Assembly (NCBI GenBank): GCA_036381195.1
Contig: DASVDH010000112.1
Span: 18,757 to 82,756, forward strand
DNA length: 64,000 bases
Source of the DNA: Longimicrobiales bacterium
Lineage (GTDB): Bacteria; Gemmatimonadota; Gemmatimonadetes; Longimicrobiales; RSA9
Reading direction: 5' to 3'
Under the pieces are notes generated by a model. That model saw only the letters and a program-made list of their open reading frames with translations. It was not told the DNA's origin and did not search any database. Made by a program: the position numbers and the translations under genes. Positions 38,815 through 47,340 of the stretch are shown here, in pieces. The stretch's first letter is position 1. Each line of letters starts with the position of its first letter.

Positions 38815-39660
38815 TCAGGTCTGGAACAACACCCAGGAGTTCTCCACCACCAGCTTCATCCCGATGATCAGGAACGCTGCACCGAAGACCCAGCGCAGCC
38901 TTCCAACCCCCAACTGTCGGTTCACGCGCGCACCCCAGCCCACGGAGGGCAGCGAGCCCACGAGCAAGGGCAAGGCCGCCCACAGGTGGACGTACCCCAG
39001 GCTCCCCGGGGGCAACCCCTCCACTCCCGCGCCGCCGGCCACATAGCTCGCCGTCCCGGCCAGGGCTGCGAACGCCACCACGCCGAGCGACACGCCCGTC
39101 ACGCGCTGCAGGTCCAGCCTCACCACGTGCGCCAGCAGCGGGATCGCGATCACACCGCCGCCGACTCCGAGGAGTGCCGATATCAGCCCCACCAACAGCC
39201 CGATCCCCACCAGCAGGGCGCATCCGGCCCGCAAGGGCAGCTCCGCGGCACTCCGCCGCCCCACCGCGAGTTGCACGCCCGATGCCAGGACGAGCAAGCC
39301 GAACGCCAGCTTCAGAACTGCGCCCGGCACCGCCATCGCGATCTGTGCCCCCGCCACCGCGCCGAGCGTCGAGCCCAGCGCCACCGGCAGCACCAGCCGC
39401 CACGGCACCAGCCCCGCCCGCCCGTACGTGGAAACACCCAACAGCGCCGTCGGCATGATCACGAACAGGCTCGTCGCGTGCGCGACCGCCGGCTCCAGGG
39501 CCGGTGAGACCCAGGTGCCGCTCCACTCCGGATGACCGTAGAACAGATAGAGGAGGGGCACCATCAGCACCCCTCCTCCGATTCCGACCAGCCCTGCGAC
39601 GAAACCGACAACGAGCCCGGCGGCCGCTAGCCCCAGCACCACTTCGGCCCCCATCGCCAC
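38815..39660 (-). CDS. Sulfite exporter TauE/SafE family membrane protein
   Basis: 281 aa. Duplicated 4-TM pattern with the G(I/V)GGG motif twice (LVGIGGGVLMVPLL and LLGVGGGVIAIPLL). Start is GTG 39660 or ATG 39654. Confidence 0.85.
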   Translation of the reverse strand: MAMGAEVVLGLAAAGLVVGFVAGLVGIGGGVLMVPLLYLFYGHPEWSGTWVSPALEPAVAHATSLFVIMPTALLGVSTYGRAGLVPWRLVLPVALGSTLGAVAGAQIAMAVPGAVLKLAFGLLVLASGVQLAVGRRSAAELPLRAGCALLVGIGLLVGLISALLGVGGGVIAIPLLAHVVRLDLQRVTGVSLGVVAFAALAGTASYVAGGAGVEGLPPGSLGYVHLWAALPLLVGSLPSVGWGARVNRQLGVGRLRWVFGAAFLIIGMKLVVENSWVLFQT

Positions 39661-39673
39661 GCTCCGCCCGCCG

Positions 39674-41353
39674 CTACCGGAGCGCGCCCTCCAGCTCCTG
39701 CTCCGCTCCCTGCTCCTCCTGCTGCGGCTCCGGCCCCACCTCGTGCGCCTCCGCGTACCGCGCTCCAGCCGCGAACAGCTCGTCCATGTTCCGCGCTTGC
39801 CGCAGCAGGTCCCGCGCCACCTCGATCCACGGGTCCGTCGCGTTCCAGCGCCGCCGCGCCTCCGCGTCCCCCCACTTCGCGTGCGTGATCTCCACGGCGA
39901 GGTCCCGGCCCACCCAGCGCGATGCCTGGTCGAACTCGGACCGCTCCACGTCGATCCCCGCCTCGCGCAGCGCCGCGTACAGCCCGTCCAGCATCGCCGG
40001 CGTCACCGCGAAGTCCGGCTCCAGATCCGGATGCGCCCGCGCATATTCCACCGCATAGCGGAACACCGCATCCCGGTACTTCGACCCGTGCCGCTGGAGT
40101 GACCTCAGGAAGGTCTGCTCCGCCGTCGAAAGTGTGTCCCGCTCCATGATCACGTCCGGCCGGATCCCGCCGCCGCCGTACACGACGCGCCCGCCCACCG
40201 TCCGGAACGCCTCGCGCGTGCCGACCCCGGTGCTGTCTCCGGAGGCCGCATCCGTGGCCCCTGCCACTCCGTTCATCGCTGCGCCGTTGTACGGCTTCTG
40301 GATCGATCGCCCGGACGCCGTGTACCACCGTGCCGTCGTCAGCTTCAGGTGGTTGCCGCCCGAGAGCGGGAACAACGTCTGCACCGACCCCTTCCCGAAC
40401 GTCGTCCGGCCCACCACCAGCGCGCGATCGTTGTCCTGGAGCGCGCCGGCCACGATTTCCGACGCCGACGCGCTGCCCTCGTCGACCAGCACCACGATCG
40501 GCATCCCCGGGTACTCATCCCGGCTTGTCGCGACGAAGTCCTGGTTCTGCGAGGGGATCCGGCTCCGCGTCTCCACCACGGCGCGCCCCTCTTCCAGGAA
40601 CAGGTCGCTCACTGCAACACCCTGATCCAGCAGCCCGCCCGGGTTCTGCCGCAGGTCGAGCACCAACCCCTTCATCCCCTTCGCACGCAGCCCGTCGATC
40701 GCCTCCTTGAGGTCCTGCGCGGACGTCTCGCTGAAGACGCGCAGCTCCACGTACCCGACACGGTCATCCAGCATGTATGCCGACGGCACCGACGGCACGC
40801 GGATCTCATCACGCACGATCCGGAACGGAATCGGCTCGTCCACCCCGCTTCGCGCCACGCGCAGGTCCACCGGCTGCCCCTTCGGCCCCCGCAACCGCTC
40901 GACCGCCTCGTCCACCGTCCAGCCCCGCGTGCTCTTCCCGTCCACCTCCACGATCCGGTCTCCTGCCTGCAACCCCGCACGCTCCGCCGGCGTGTCCCGC
41001 AGCGGCGCGATCACCGTCACCCAACCATCGCGGATGTCGATCTGGATTCCGAGCCCGCCGTATTCCCCCTGCGTCTGGACCCGCAACCGCTCGTAGTCCT
41101 GCGGCGTCATCAGGCTGGTGTGCGGATCGCCGAGCTCGTGCAGGAGCCCGTCGATCGCCATCCGGTACAGCGCGGCGGGGTCCTTCGGTTCCACGAAACG
41201 GTCCGAGACGTGGTGCAGCACTTCTTCGAAGAGCCGCGCCTGAAAATAGACGTTCTGTTCCTGGCTCGCCCCTTTCTGCAACAGCCAGCCCCCGCTGGCC
41301 AACGCGAGCGCCGCGACCAGCAGGGGCGCCAGGATGGACCGCTTGATCTTCAT
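39674..41353 (-). CDS. S41 family carboxyl-terminal processing peptidase
   Basis: 559 aa. Signal anchor, PDZ region, LDLRQNPGGLL and GSASASEIVAGALQD...GKGSVQ (Ser/Lys dyad context). Confidence 0.9.
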   Translation of the reverse strand: MKIKRSILAPLLVAALALASGGWLLQKGASQEQNVYFQARLFEEVLHHVSDRFVEPKDPAALYRMAIDGLLHELGDPHTSLMTPQDYERLRVQTQGEYGGLGIQIDIRDGWVTVIAPLRDTPAERAGLQAGDRIVEVDGKSTRGWTVDEAVERLRGPKGQPVDLRVARSGVDEPIPFRIVRDEIRVPSVPSAYMLDDRVGYVELRVFSETSAQDLKEAIDGLRAKGMKGLVLDLRQNPGGLLDQGVAVSDLFLEEGRAVVETRSRIPSQNQDFVATSRDEYPGMPIVVLVDEGSASASEIVAGALQDNDRALVVGRTTFGKGSVQTLFPLSGGNHLKLTTARWYTASGRSIQKPYNGAAMNGVAGATDAASGDSTGVGTREAFRTVGGRVVYGGGGIRPDVIMERDTLSTAEQTFLRSLQRHGSKYRDAVFRYAVEYARAHPDLEPDFAVTPAMLDGLYAALREAGIDVERSEFDQASRWVGRDLAVEITHAKWGDAEARRRWNATDPWIEVARDLLRQARNMDELFAAGARYAEAHEVGPEPQQEEQGAEQELEGALR

Positions 41354-41411
41354 CCGTCCTCCAAAGACCTGGGGATCGGCCGCCCGGCAGACCGATCGTC
41401 CTCGCGGTTAA

Positions 41412-42074
41412 CTAACCCGCGTCCAGAGGGAATGTTTCCGGAAACCTGGATCTCAGGCGACGCAGGACCTCGGCATGCACCTCGGCCGGCCCGGCCGTCG
41501 CGCTCACCCTCTCCACGCCCGGCTCCGTTTCCGCAAGCAAGGCGTATGCCTCCGCCACCCGCCGGTGAAACGCCTCCCCCGCGCGTTCGATCCGGTCCAC
41601 CTCACGCCCTGCCCGCCGGCGTCGCGACTCCCCCACGGCCAGTGGCACGTCCAGCAGCAGCGTGATGTCGGGCTTCAGCCCGCCCGTGGCGAACTCGTTC
41701 GCCCGCCGCACCTCCTCCAGCGGCAGGCCCCGCCCGTAGCCCTGGTACGCGAACGTGGACAGCTCGTACCGGTCCGCCACCACCACCTCCCCGGCATCCA
41801 GCGCCGGCGCGAGCACCTCGTCCACGTGCACGGCACGCGCAGCCAGCGCCAGGAGCAACTCGGCGCGCGCGGGGAGCTCCTCACCCGCCAGCATCAGCCG
41901 CCGGATCTCCTCGCCGACCGCCGTCCCTCCCGGCTCGCGCACCAGTCGGTGCCGTACGCCCCGCTCCGCCAGCCACTGCGACAGCAGCGCCGCCTGCGTG
42001 CTCTTCCCCGAGCCTTCGATCCCCTCGAAGCACACGAAGATGCCGCGGCGCGCGGCCCCGCCCGCGGTCACCAT
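41412..42074 (-). CDS. tmk: dTMP kinase
   Basis: FEGIEGSGKSTQ P-loop and REPGGT. ATG 42074 was chosen over the longer track start. Confidence 0.9.
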   Translation of the reverse strand: MVTAGGAARRGIFVCFEGIEGSGKSTQAALLSQWLAERGVRHRLVREPGGTAVGEEIRRLMLAGEELPARAELLLALAARAVHVDEVLAPALDAGEVVVADRYELSTFAYQGYGRGLPLEEVRRANEFATGGLKPDITLLLDVPLAVGESRRRRAGREVDRIERAGEAFHRRVAEAYALLAETEPGVERVSATAGPAEVHAEVLRRLRSRFPETFPLDAG

Positions 42075-42168
42075 CTCTCGACCCACGTGCAATTCCGCGC
42101 GCCTCGATGACGCATCCGTCGCGTCTCGATCGGGAGCGTTCGCCACGACCCGACGCCCGCACCTCCAC

Positions 42169-43482
42169 TCACTCGTAGTAATCCAACCCCAGGTGCGTGA
42201 TCTGCTCCTCCCCCATCAGATGCCGCAACGTGTTCTTCAGCTTCATGTGCTGGATGAACACATCGTGCTCCGGGTACAGCTCCGGCGCGACCATCGGGCT
42301 CTTGAAGTAGAACGACAACCACTCCTGGATCCCGTTCATCCCCGCCCGCGCCGCGAGGTCCAGGAACAGCGCCAGGTCAAGCACGATCGGCGCCGCGAGG
42401 ATCGAGTCCCGGCACAGGAAGTCCACCTTGATCTGCATCGGGTAGCCGAGCCAACCATAGATGTCCAGGTTGTCCCAGCCTTCCTTGTTGTCCCCGCGCG
42501 GCGGATAGTAATTGATCCGCACCTTGTGGTAGACTTCGCCGTACAGCTCCGGGTAGAGCTGCGGCTGGAGGATGTACTCCAGCACGCCCAGCTTCGACTC
42601 CTCCTTCGTCTTGAAGGAGTCCGGATCGTCCAGCACCGCCCCATCCCGGTTCCCGAGGATGTTCGTGCTGAACCAACCTCGCAGGCCCAGCATTCGTGCC
42701 TTCAGGCCAGGCGCGATGATCGTCTTCATCAGTGTCTGGCCCGTCTTGAAGTCCTTCCCCGCGATCGGCACCTCGCGCTCGCGCGCGAGCTGTTGCAACG
42801 CCGGGATGTCCACGGTCAGATTCGGCGCGCCGTTCGCGTACGGGACTCCTTCCATGATCGCGGCCCAGGCGTAGAGCATCGATGGCGCGATCGCCTCGTC
42901 GTTCCGCTCCATCGCTCGCTCGAACGACTCCACGCTCGCGTGCGCCTCGCCCGGCTTCATGAAGACCTCCGTCGAGCCGCACCACACCATCACCAGCCGC
43001 GCGCAGCCCTGCTCCTCCTTGAACCGCCGGATGTCCTCGCGCAACTGCTCCGCGAGATCCCGCTTCGTCCGCCCCCGCTTCACGTTCTCTCCGTCCAGCC
43101 GCCGCACGTACGCCTTGTCGAACACGGCCGGCATCGGACGGATACTCCTCAGGAAATCCGCCAGCGGATCGATGTCCTTGCGCTCCAGCACCCCGGCCTT
43201 GACCGCGGTCTCGTACGCATCATCCGGGATCGGGTCCCAGCCCCCGAACGCGAGCTGCTCCAGCGATGCCAGCGGCACGAAGTCCTTGATCTTCGGTTGC
43301 CGCCCTTCCGTTCGCCGCCCCAGCCGGATGTGCGCCATCTGCGTCAGCGACCCGATTGGCTGCGCCAACCCCCGCCGCACCGCTTCCACACCGGCGATGA
43401 ACGTCGTCGCCACCGCACCCAGTCCCGGCAGCAACACACCCAGCCGGCCTTCCGCCGGCGCGATCCGACTACCTTGAGCCAC
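42169..43482 (-). CDS. Inositol-3-phosphate synthase (myo-inositol-1-phosphate synthase)
   Basis: 437 aa. GVLLPGLGAVATTFIAG NAD motif and overall MIPS pattern (WCGSTE, NGAPN, GKDFKTGQT). GTG start after AGAGGAAAG. Confidence 0.9.
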   Translation of the reverse strand: MAQGSRIAPAEGRLGVLLPGLGAVATTFIAGVEAVRRGLAQPIGSLTQMAHIRLGRRTEGRQPKIKDFVPLASLEQLAFGGWDPIPDDAYETAVKAGVLERKDIDPLADFLRSIRPMPAVFDKAYVRRLDGENVKRGRTKRDLAEQLREDIRRFKEEQGCARLVMVWCGSTEVFMKPGEAHASVESFERAMERNDEAIAPSMLYAWAAIMEGVPYANGAPNLTVDIPALQQLAREREVPIAGKDFKTGQTLMKTIIAPGLKARMLGLRGWFSTNILGNRDGAVLDDPDSFKTKEESKLGVLEYILQPQLYPELYGEVYHKVRINYYPPRGDNKEGWDNLDIYGWLGYPMQIKVDFLCRDSILAAPIVLDLALFLDLAARAGMNGIQEWLSFYFKSPMVAPELYPEHDVFIQHMKLKNTLRHLMGEEQITHLGLDYYE

Positions 43483-44149
43483 GGCTTTCCTCTTCCGTTA
43501 GGGTGCCAACCGGCGCCAGCTGCTCGTTCAGGGGCACGCCCCGCGCGTGCTGGTAGACCCACACGATCCGCTGGAACGCCGTGATGTTGGTCAGGATTGC
43601 GAGGATGAAGATGACGCCCTTCAGGACCAGCCCGTCCCACGCTTCGCCGAAGAGCAGTGAGGACAACCCGATCAGCACCACTCGCTCCGCGCGCGGCATG
43701 AGCCCCACCCGGCAGTCCAGCCCCAGCGCCTCCGCACGCGCACGCGTGTAGCTGATCATCAACGAGCCCGCCATCGCGAGCATGATCAGGTAGATCATGC
43801 CCACGTCGCCCAGCTCCAGGCGGTAATCGTTGTAGAGCGAGAGGATCCCGAGGTAGACGACGATCTCGCTGATCCGGTCCAGCGTCGAGTCGTAGAACGC
43901 CCCGAACTTGCTCCCGAGCTCCGTCAGCCGCGCCACCCGACCGTCGAGGATGTCGAAGAGGCCGCCCAGCAGCACCAGGAAGCCCGCCAGCCGGACCTCG
44001 TGCCGGTGGAACGCCAGCCCGGAACTCACCGTCACCAGGAACCCCAGCGTGGTGAGCAGATTCGGGTGAACCCGGTTCCTCGCCAGCAGGTCCGTCACCG
44101 GGTTCAGCACCCGGTACGCCCACCCCCGGAGCGATTCCAAACCGACCAT
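43469..44149 (-). CDS. CDP-alcohol phosphatidyltransferase family protein (candidate phosphatidylinositol-phosphate synthase)
   Basis: Exact motif D-x2-DG-x2-AR-x8-G-x3-D-x3-D in FDILDGRVARLTELGSKFGAFYDSTLD. About 6 TM segments. The 3' end overlaps the MIPS start by 14 nt. Confidence 0.85.
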   Translation of the reverse strand: MVGLESLRGWAYRVLNPVTDLLARNRVHPNLLTTLGFLVTVSSGLAFHRHEVRLAGFLVLLGGLFDILDGRVARLTELGSKFGAFYDSTLDRISEIVVYLGILSLYNDYRLELGDVGMIYLIMLAMAGSLMISYTRARAEALGLDCRVGLMPRAERVVLIGLSSLLFGEAWDGLVLKGVIFILAILTNITAFQRIVWVYQHARGVPLNEQLAPVGTLTEEESRGSR

Positions 44150-44158
44150 GTGCGGGCC

Positions 44159-44521
44159 TCAGGAGGGCAGGATGATCCGCGATTGCGCTCCCGCCTCGAT
44201 CCCCTTCGCGATCTCGCCGTTCACGCGCGCCAGCACTCGTTCGAAGTTCGATTGGGCAGCGACGAGACCCTGGTACACGGGGCTCGCCTGCAGCGTCGCA
44301 AAGCTCCGCTCGTAGTCTTCCTGTACCTCGGTGGCCGGCGCCTCGCCGCGCTCGAGCGAGCGCGCCATCTGCCCCTCGAGCTCCCCGAGTCGGTTCAGCA
44401 GTTCCACCAGCTCCCGGTCTTCCCCGACCCGCTTCCGCGCGCGGGCCAGGGCCTGGTACTCCTCCGTCTGCCCCAGCAGCCGGCCCAGCTCCCGCGCCTT
44501 CTCCATCGTCCCTTCCAGCAT
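44159..44521 (-). CDS. YlbF/YmcA family (DUF964-like) protein
   Basis: ATG 44521 (MLEGTMEKARELGRLLGQTEEYQAL...). Helical YlbF-like pattern. The rest of the track ORF is a run-on. Confidence 0.7.
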   Translation of the reverse strand: MLEGTMEKARELGRLLGQTEEYQALARARKRVGEDRELVELLNRLGELEGQMARSLERGEAPATEVQEDYERSFATLQASPVYQGLVAAQSNFERVLARVNGEIAKGIEAGAQSRIILPS

Positions 44522-44541
44522 GGTCGCTCTTTCTTCGTCTG

Positions 44542-45435
44542 TTAGCAAGAGTCGCGTCGCTCGGCCAGCACCACCCGGTCCACACCCCCCAGGTCCGCGA
44601 CGATCCGCGGCGGGCCGTACGCTCCGCGGCGCCCGATCCGCCAGGCCACCTCCTCCGCCTGCCCCACACCGACCTCGAGCGCCAGCAGGCCGCCCGGCTC
44701 GATGTGGCGGGGCGCGCCCTCGACCAGCGCTGCCAGCACCTCCAGCCCGGTCGGCCCCGCGAACAGGGCCCCTGCCGGCTCCCAGTCCCGCACGTCCCGC
44801 GGCAAGGCGCTCCGATCCGCATCCGCGACGTACGGCGGATTCGACACGACGACGTCGAAGCGCTCCGTGCGGAGCGGCGCGAAGAGCGCACCCTGCCGCA
44901 GCTCGAGCCCCGCCTCGAGCCCGAGCCGCGCCGCGTTCTCGCCTGCCAGCTCCAACGCCTCCGCGGACACGTCCGTTGCGACAACCCGCTCGAACGGCCC
45001 CTCCTTCAGGAGGCTCAGCGCGATCGCGCCGGAGCCGGTGCCGATGTCCGCCGCCGTGAGCCGGCGCCGCCCTGCTTCCGCCCGGACGCCCGCCCACTTC
45101 AGGACCTCCCCCACCAGGACTTCCGTCTCCGGCCGCGGGATCAGCACCCTCCGGTCCACCCGTAGCTCGATCTCCCGGAACGCCGCCTGGCCCGTGATGT
45201 ACTGGACCGGCTCGCCCGCGAGCCGCCTCGCAACCGCTTCGGCGAACGTCGCGGCTGCTTCTGCCCCCACTGGCTCGCCCGGTGCGAGCGCCAGCTCCAG
45301 CCGCTTCACGCCCAGCGCGTGGGCGAGCAGGATCTCCGCCTCCAGCCGCGGATCTTCCACCCACGTCGCCGTCCGCAGGCGTTCCGCGCCAGCCCTCGCC
45401 AGCGCTCCGCGCGTCAGGTCGGGACCCGGAGCCAT
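44542..45435 (-). CDS. prmC: Peptide chain release factor N5-glutamine methyltransferase
   Basis: Motifs DIGTGSGAIALSL and NPPY. ATG 45435 shares one nucleotide with the prfA TGA (TGATG). Confidence 0.9.
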   Translation of the reverse strand: MAPGPDLTRGALARAGAERLRTATWVEDPRLEAEILLAHALGVKRLELALAPGEPVGAEAAATFAEAVARRLAGEPVQYITGQAAFREIELRVDRRVLIPRPETEVLVGEVLKWAGVRAEAGRRRLTAADIGTGSGAIALSLLKEGPFERVVATDVSAEALELAGENAARLGLEAGLELRQGALFAPLRTERFDVVVSNPPYVADADRSALPRDVRDWEPAGALFAGPTGLEVLAALVEGAPRHIEPGGLLALEVGVGQAEEVAWRIGRRGAYGPPRIVADLGGVDRVVLAERRDSC

Positions 45436-46520
45436 CACGCCACCGTTGTCGAGGGTGCCGCCCGTTGCTCCGCCTCCCGCGCCTCGCGCAGCGCGCCGAT
45501 CAACTCGTCCAGATCGCCGTCCAGGATCTCGTGCAGCCGGTACAGCGTCAGCCCGATCCGGTGGTCCGTCACCCGTCCCTGCGGGAAGTTGTACGTCCGG
45601 ATCTTCGCCGACCGATCGCCCGTCCCGACCTGCAGCTTCCTCTCCCGCGCCCGCTCCGCCTCCTGCTCGGCCAGCTTCGCGTCCAGCAGCCGGCTGCGCA
45701 GCACCCTCAGCGCCTTCGCCTTGTTCTTGTGCTGCGACTTCTCATCCTGGCACGTCACCACCAGCCCGGTCGGCAGGTGCGTGATCCGCACCGCCGAATC
45801 CGTCGTGTTCACCGATTGCCCGCCCGGCCCCGACGACCGGTAGACATCGATCCGCAGGTCCTCATCACGGATCTCGATGTCCACCTCCTCCGCCTCGGGC
45901 AACACCGCCACCGTCGCCGCGGAAGTGTGGATCCGGCCCTGGCTCTCCGTGACCGGCACCCGCTGCACGCGATGGACGCCCGATTCGTGCCGCAACGACC
46001 CGTACGCATCCCGCCCGCGCACGACGAAGATCACCTCTTTGTACCCGCCCAGATCTCCTTCCGAGACGTTCACGAACTCCACGTCCCAGCCGCGCGATTC
46101 CGCGTACCGCGTGTACATCCGGAGCAGGTCCGCCGCGAACAGCCCCGCCTCGTCACCGCCGGTCCCCGCGCGGATCTCCACCACGGCCGCCCGGTCAGCC
46201 AGCGGATCCTTCGGCACGAGCGCCCGCCGCAGCTCCTGCTCCAGCCGCTCCGCCTCCTCGCTCAGCTCGGCGATCTCCGTCTCCGCGAGCGCCGTTAGCT
46301 CCGCGTCCCCTCCCTGCTCCACCAGCACCCGCGCCTCTGCGAGCTGGGCACGCACCCGGACCAGCCGGCGCGCCGCCTCGGCCGCCGCTTCCAGTTCCGC
46401 ACGCTCGCGCGCCACGGACTTCAGCCGCTCCGCATCCGAGAACACCGCGGGGTCCGCCAGTTGCTCCGTCAGCGCGTCGTAGCGCCGTAGCACGTCCGTG
46501 ATCCGATCCTCCCAGCCCAT
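45435..46520 (-). CDS. prfA: Peptide chain release factor 1
   Basis: 361 aa. PVT tripeptide region and the GGQ motif ([10 protein letters not shown]). Confidence 0.96.
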   Translation of the reverse strand: MGWEDRITDVLRRYDALTEQLADPAVFSDAERLKSVARERAELEAAAEAARRLVRVRAQLAEARVLVEQGGDAELTALAETEIAELSEEAERLEQELRRALVPKDPLADRAAVVEIRAGTGGDEAGLFAADLLRMYTRYAESRGWDVEFVNVSEGDLGGYKEVIFVVRGRDAYGSLRHESGVHRVQRVPVTESQGRIHTSAATVAVLPEAEEVDIEIRDEDLRIDVYRSSGPGGQSVNTTDSAVRITHLPTGLVVTCQDEKSQHKNKAKALRVLRSRLLDAKLAEQEAERARERKLQVGTGDRSAKIRTYNFPQGRVTDHRIGLTLYRLHEILDGDLDELIGALREAREAEQRAAPSTTVA

Positions 46521-46538
46521 ACTCGCTTCTCCAACGCC

Positions 46539-46564
46539 GAAAGAGCCGGGTCCCGCCCCGGCTC
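46539..46564 (-). terminator. Hairpin plus short U-tract after rpmE
   Basis: Minus strand reads GAGCCGGG-GCGGGA-CCCGGCTC followed by TTTCGG. Confidence 0.45.
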
Positions 46565-46571
46565 TCCTCTC

Positions 46572-46793
46572 TCACTCCCCCTTCTGCTCGGCGTTCGCCT
46601 CGCCCCACTTCTGCCGGAACCGCTCGACTCGCCCGGCCGTGTCCACCAGCTTCTGCCGCCCCGTGAAGAACGGGTGGCAGACCGAGCAGATTTCCACGTG
46701 AATGTCCTTCAACGTGCTGCGCGTCTGGAACGTGTTCCCGCACGCGCAGTGCACCGTCGCGACCTGGTACTCGGGATGGATTCCCTGCTTCAT
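46572..46793 (-). CDS. rpmE: 50S ribosomal protein L31
   Basis: 73 aa, [20 protein letters not shown]...[10 protein letters not shown]. This is the zinc-binding type A form. Confidence 0.95.
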   Translation of the reverse strand: MKQGIHPEYQVATVHCACGNTFQTRSTLKDIHVEICSVCHPFFTGRQKLVDTAGRVERFRQKWGEANAEQKGE

Positions 46794-46811
46794 GGCCGTC
46801 CCCCCTCGCCG

Positions 46812-46837
46812 AAAAAAAGGAAGCCCCTGAGGGGCTC
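46812..46837 (-). terminator. Terminator-like stem-loop plus U7 tract 18 nt upstream of the rpmE start codon
   Basis: Minus strand reads GAGCCCC-TCA-GGGGCTT followed by CC-TTTTTTT. Confidence 0.5.
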
Positions 46838-46848
46838 GGAATCATTGA

Positions 46849-46877
46849 AATTTAGTGCGATCCCGCTCCTGGATCAA
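46849..46877 (-). promoter_or_regulatory. Candidate sigma70-type promoter of rpmE
   Basis: Minus strand reads TTGATC-N17-TAAATT, an AT-rich island in GC-rich DNA. Confidence 0.45.
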
Positions 46878-46944
46878 GTCGCCGCCCCCGCGTCGAAACG
46901 GATCGATCAGGGCGCGGAACTGGACGGATCAGCCGGTGCCATCG

Positions 46945-47165
46945 AGGGCCGCAGCGGCTCCGGCCCCTTTGCCGTCCGCCCGCGTTCGCCCACCCTGGCC
47001 CCCTCTGCCGCCGCTCCCGCGTTCGTCCACCCCGGCCCGCTTTGCCGCCCCTCCCGCGTTCGCCCACCCCGACCTTCGAATCAGCTCTTCTCGCGTTCGC
47101 CCACCCCCATTTCCCGCCCCTCCTGCCTTTGCCCACCCCGGCCCTCGAATCCGCTCCCGGGACGT
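46945..47165. repeat. 37-bp tandem repeat array with 4 clear units and 1-2 degenerate units
   Basis: The core CGCGTTCG(C/T)CCACCC begins at 46981, 47018, 47055 and 47092. Degenerate units flank these. Confidence 0.85.
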
Positions 47166-47340
47166 CTCGGCCGGCTCGCGCCCGGCGTGAGCCGCGCCAG
47201 CCAGGCCAGATCCGCGTCCGTCCCGAGCCGCACGGCGCGCCGCGTGGCGTGCAGGCGCGGGATCGCCTGCACAGGCCTGCCGGATCGGGCCTCTCCACGC
47301 CCGGCCCTCCCGGCGTCGCGCCGCATGCGCCGCCCGGAGG

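Noticed and set aside
47070-47155. TTCGAAT and CTCGAATCC strings resembling a tRNA T-loop, suggesting a tRNA or tmRNA remnant.
   Set aside because: No complementary T-stem, acceptor stem or anticodon arm can be drawn on either strand.
46945-47165. The 37-bp repeats as a possible CRISPR array.
   Set aside because: The whole period is 37 bp, so there are no unique spacers between repeats. The copies are imperfect and number only 4-5. No cas genes or leader are present.
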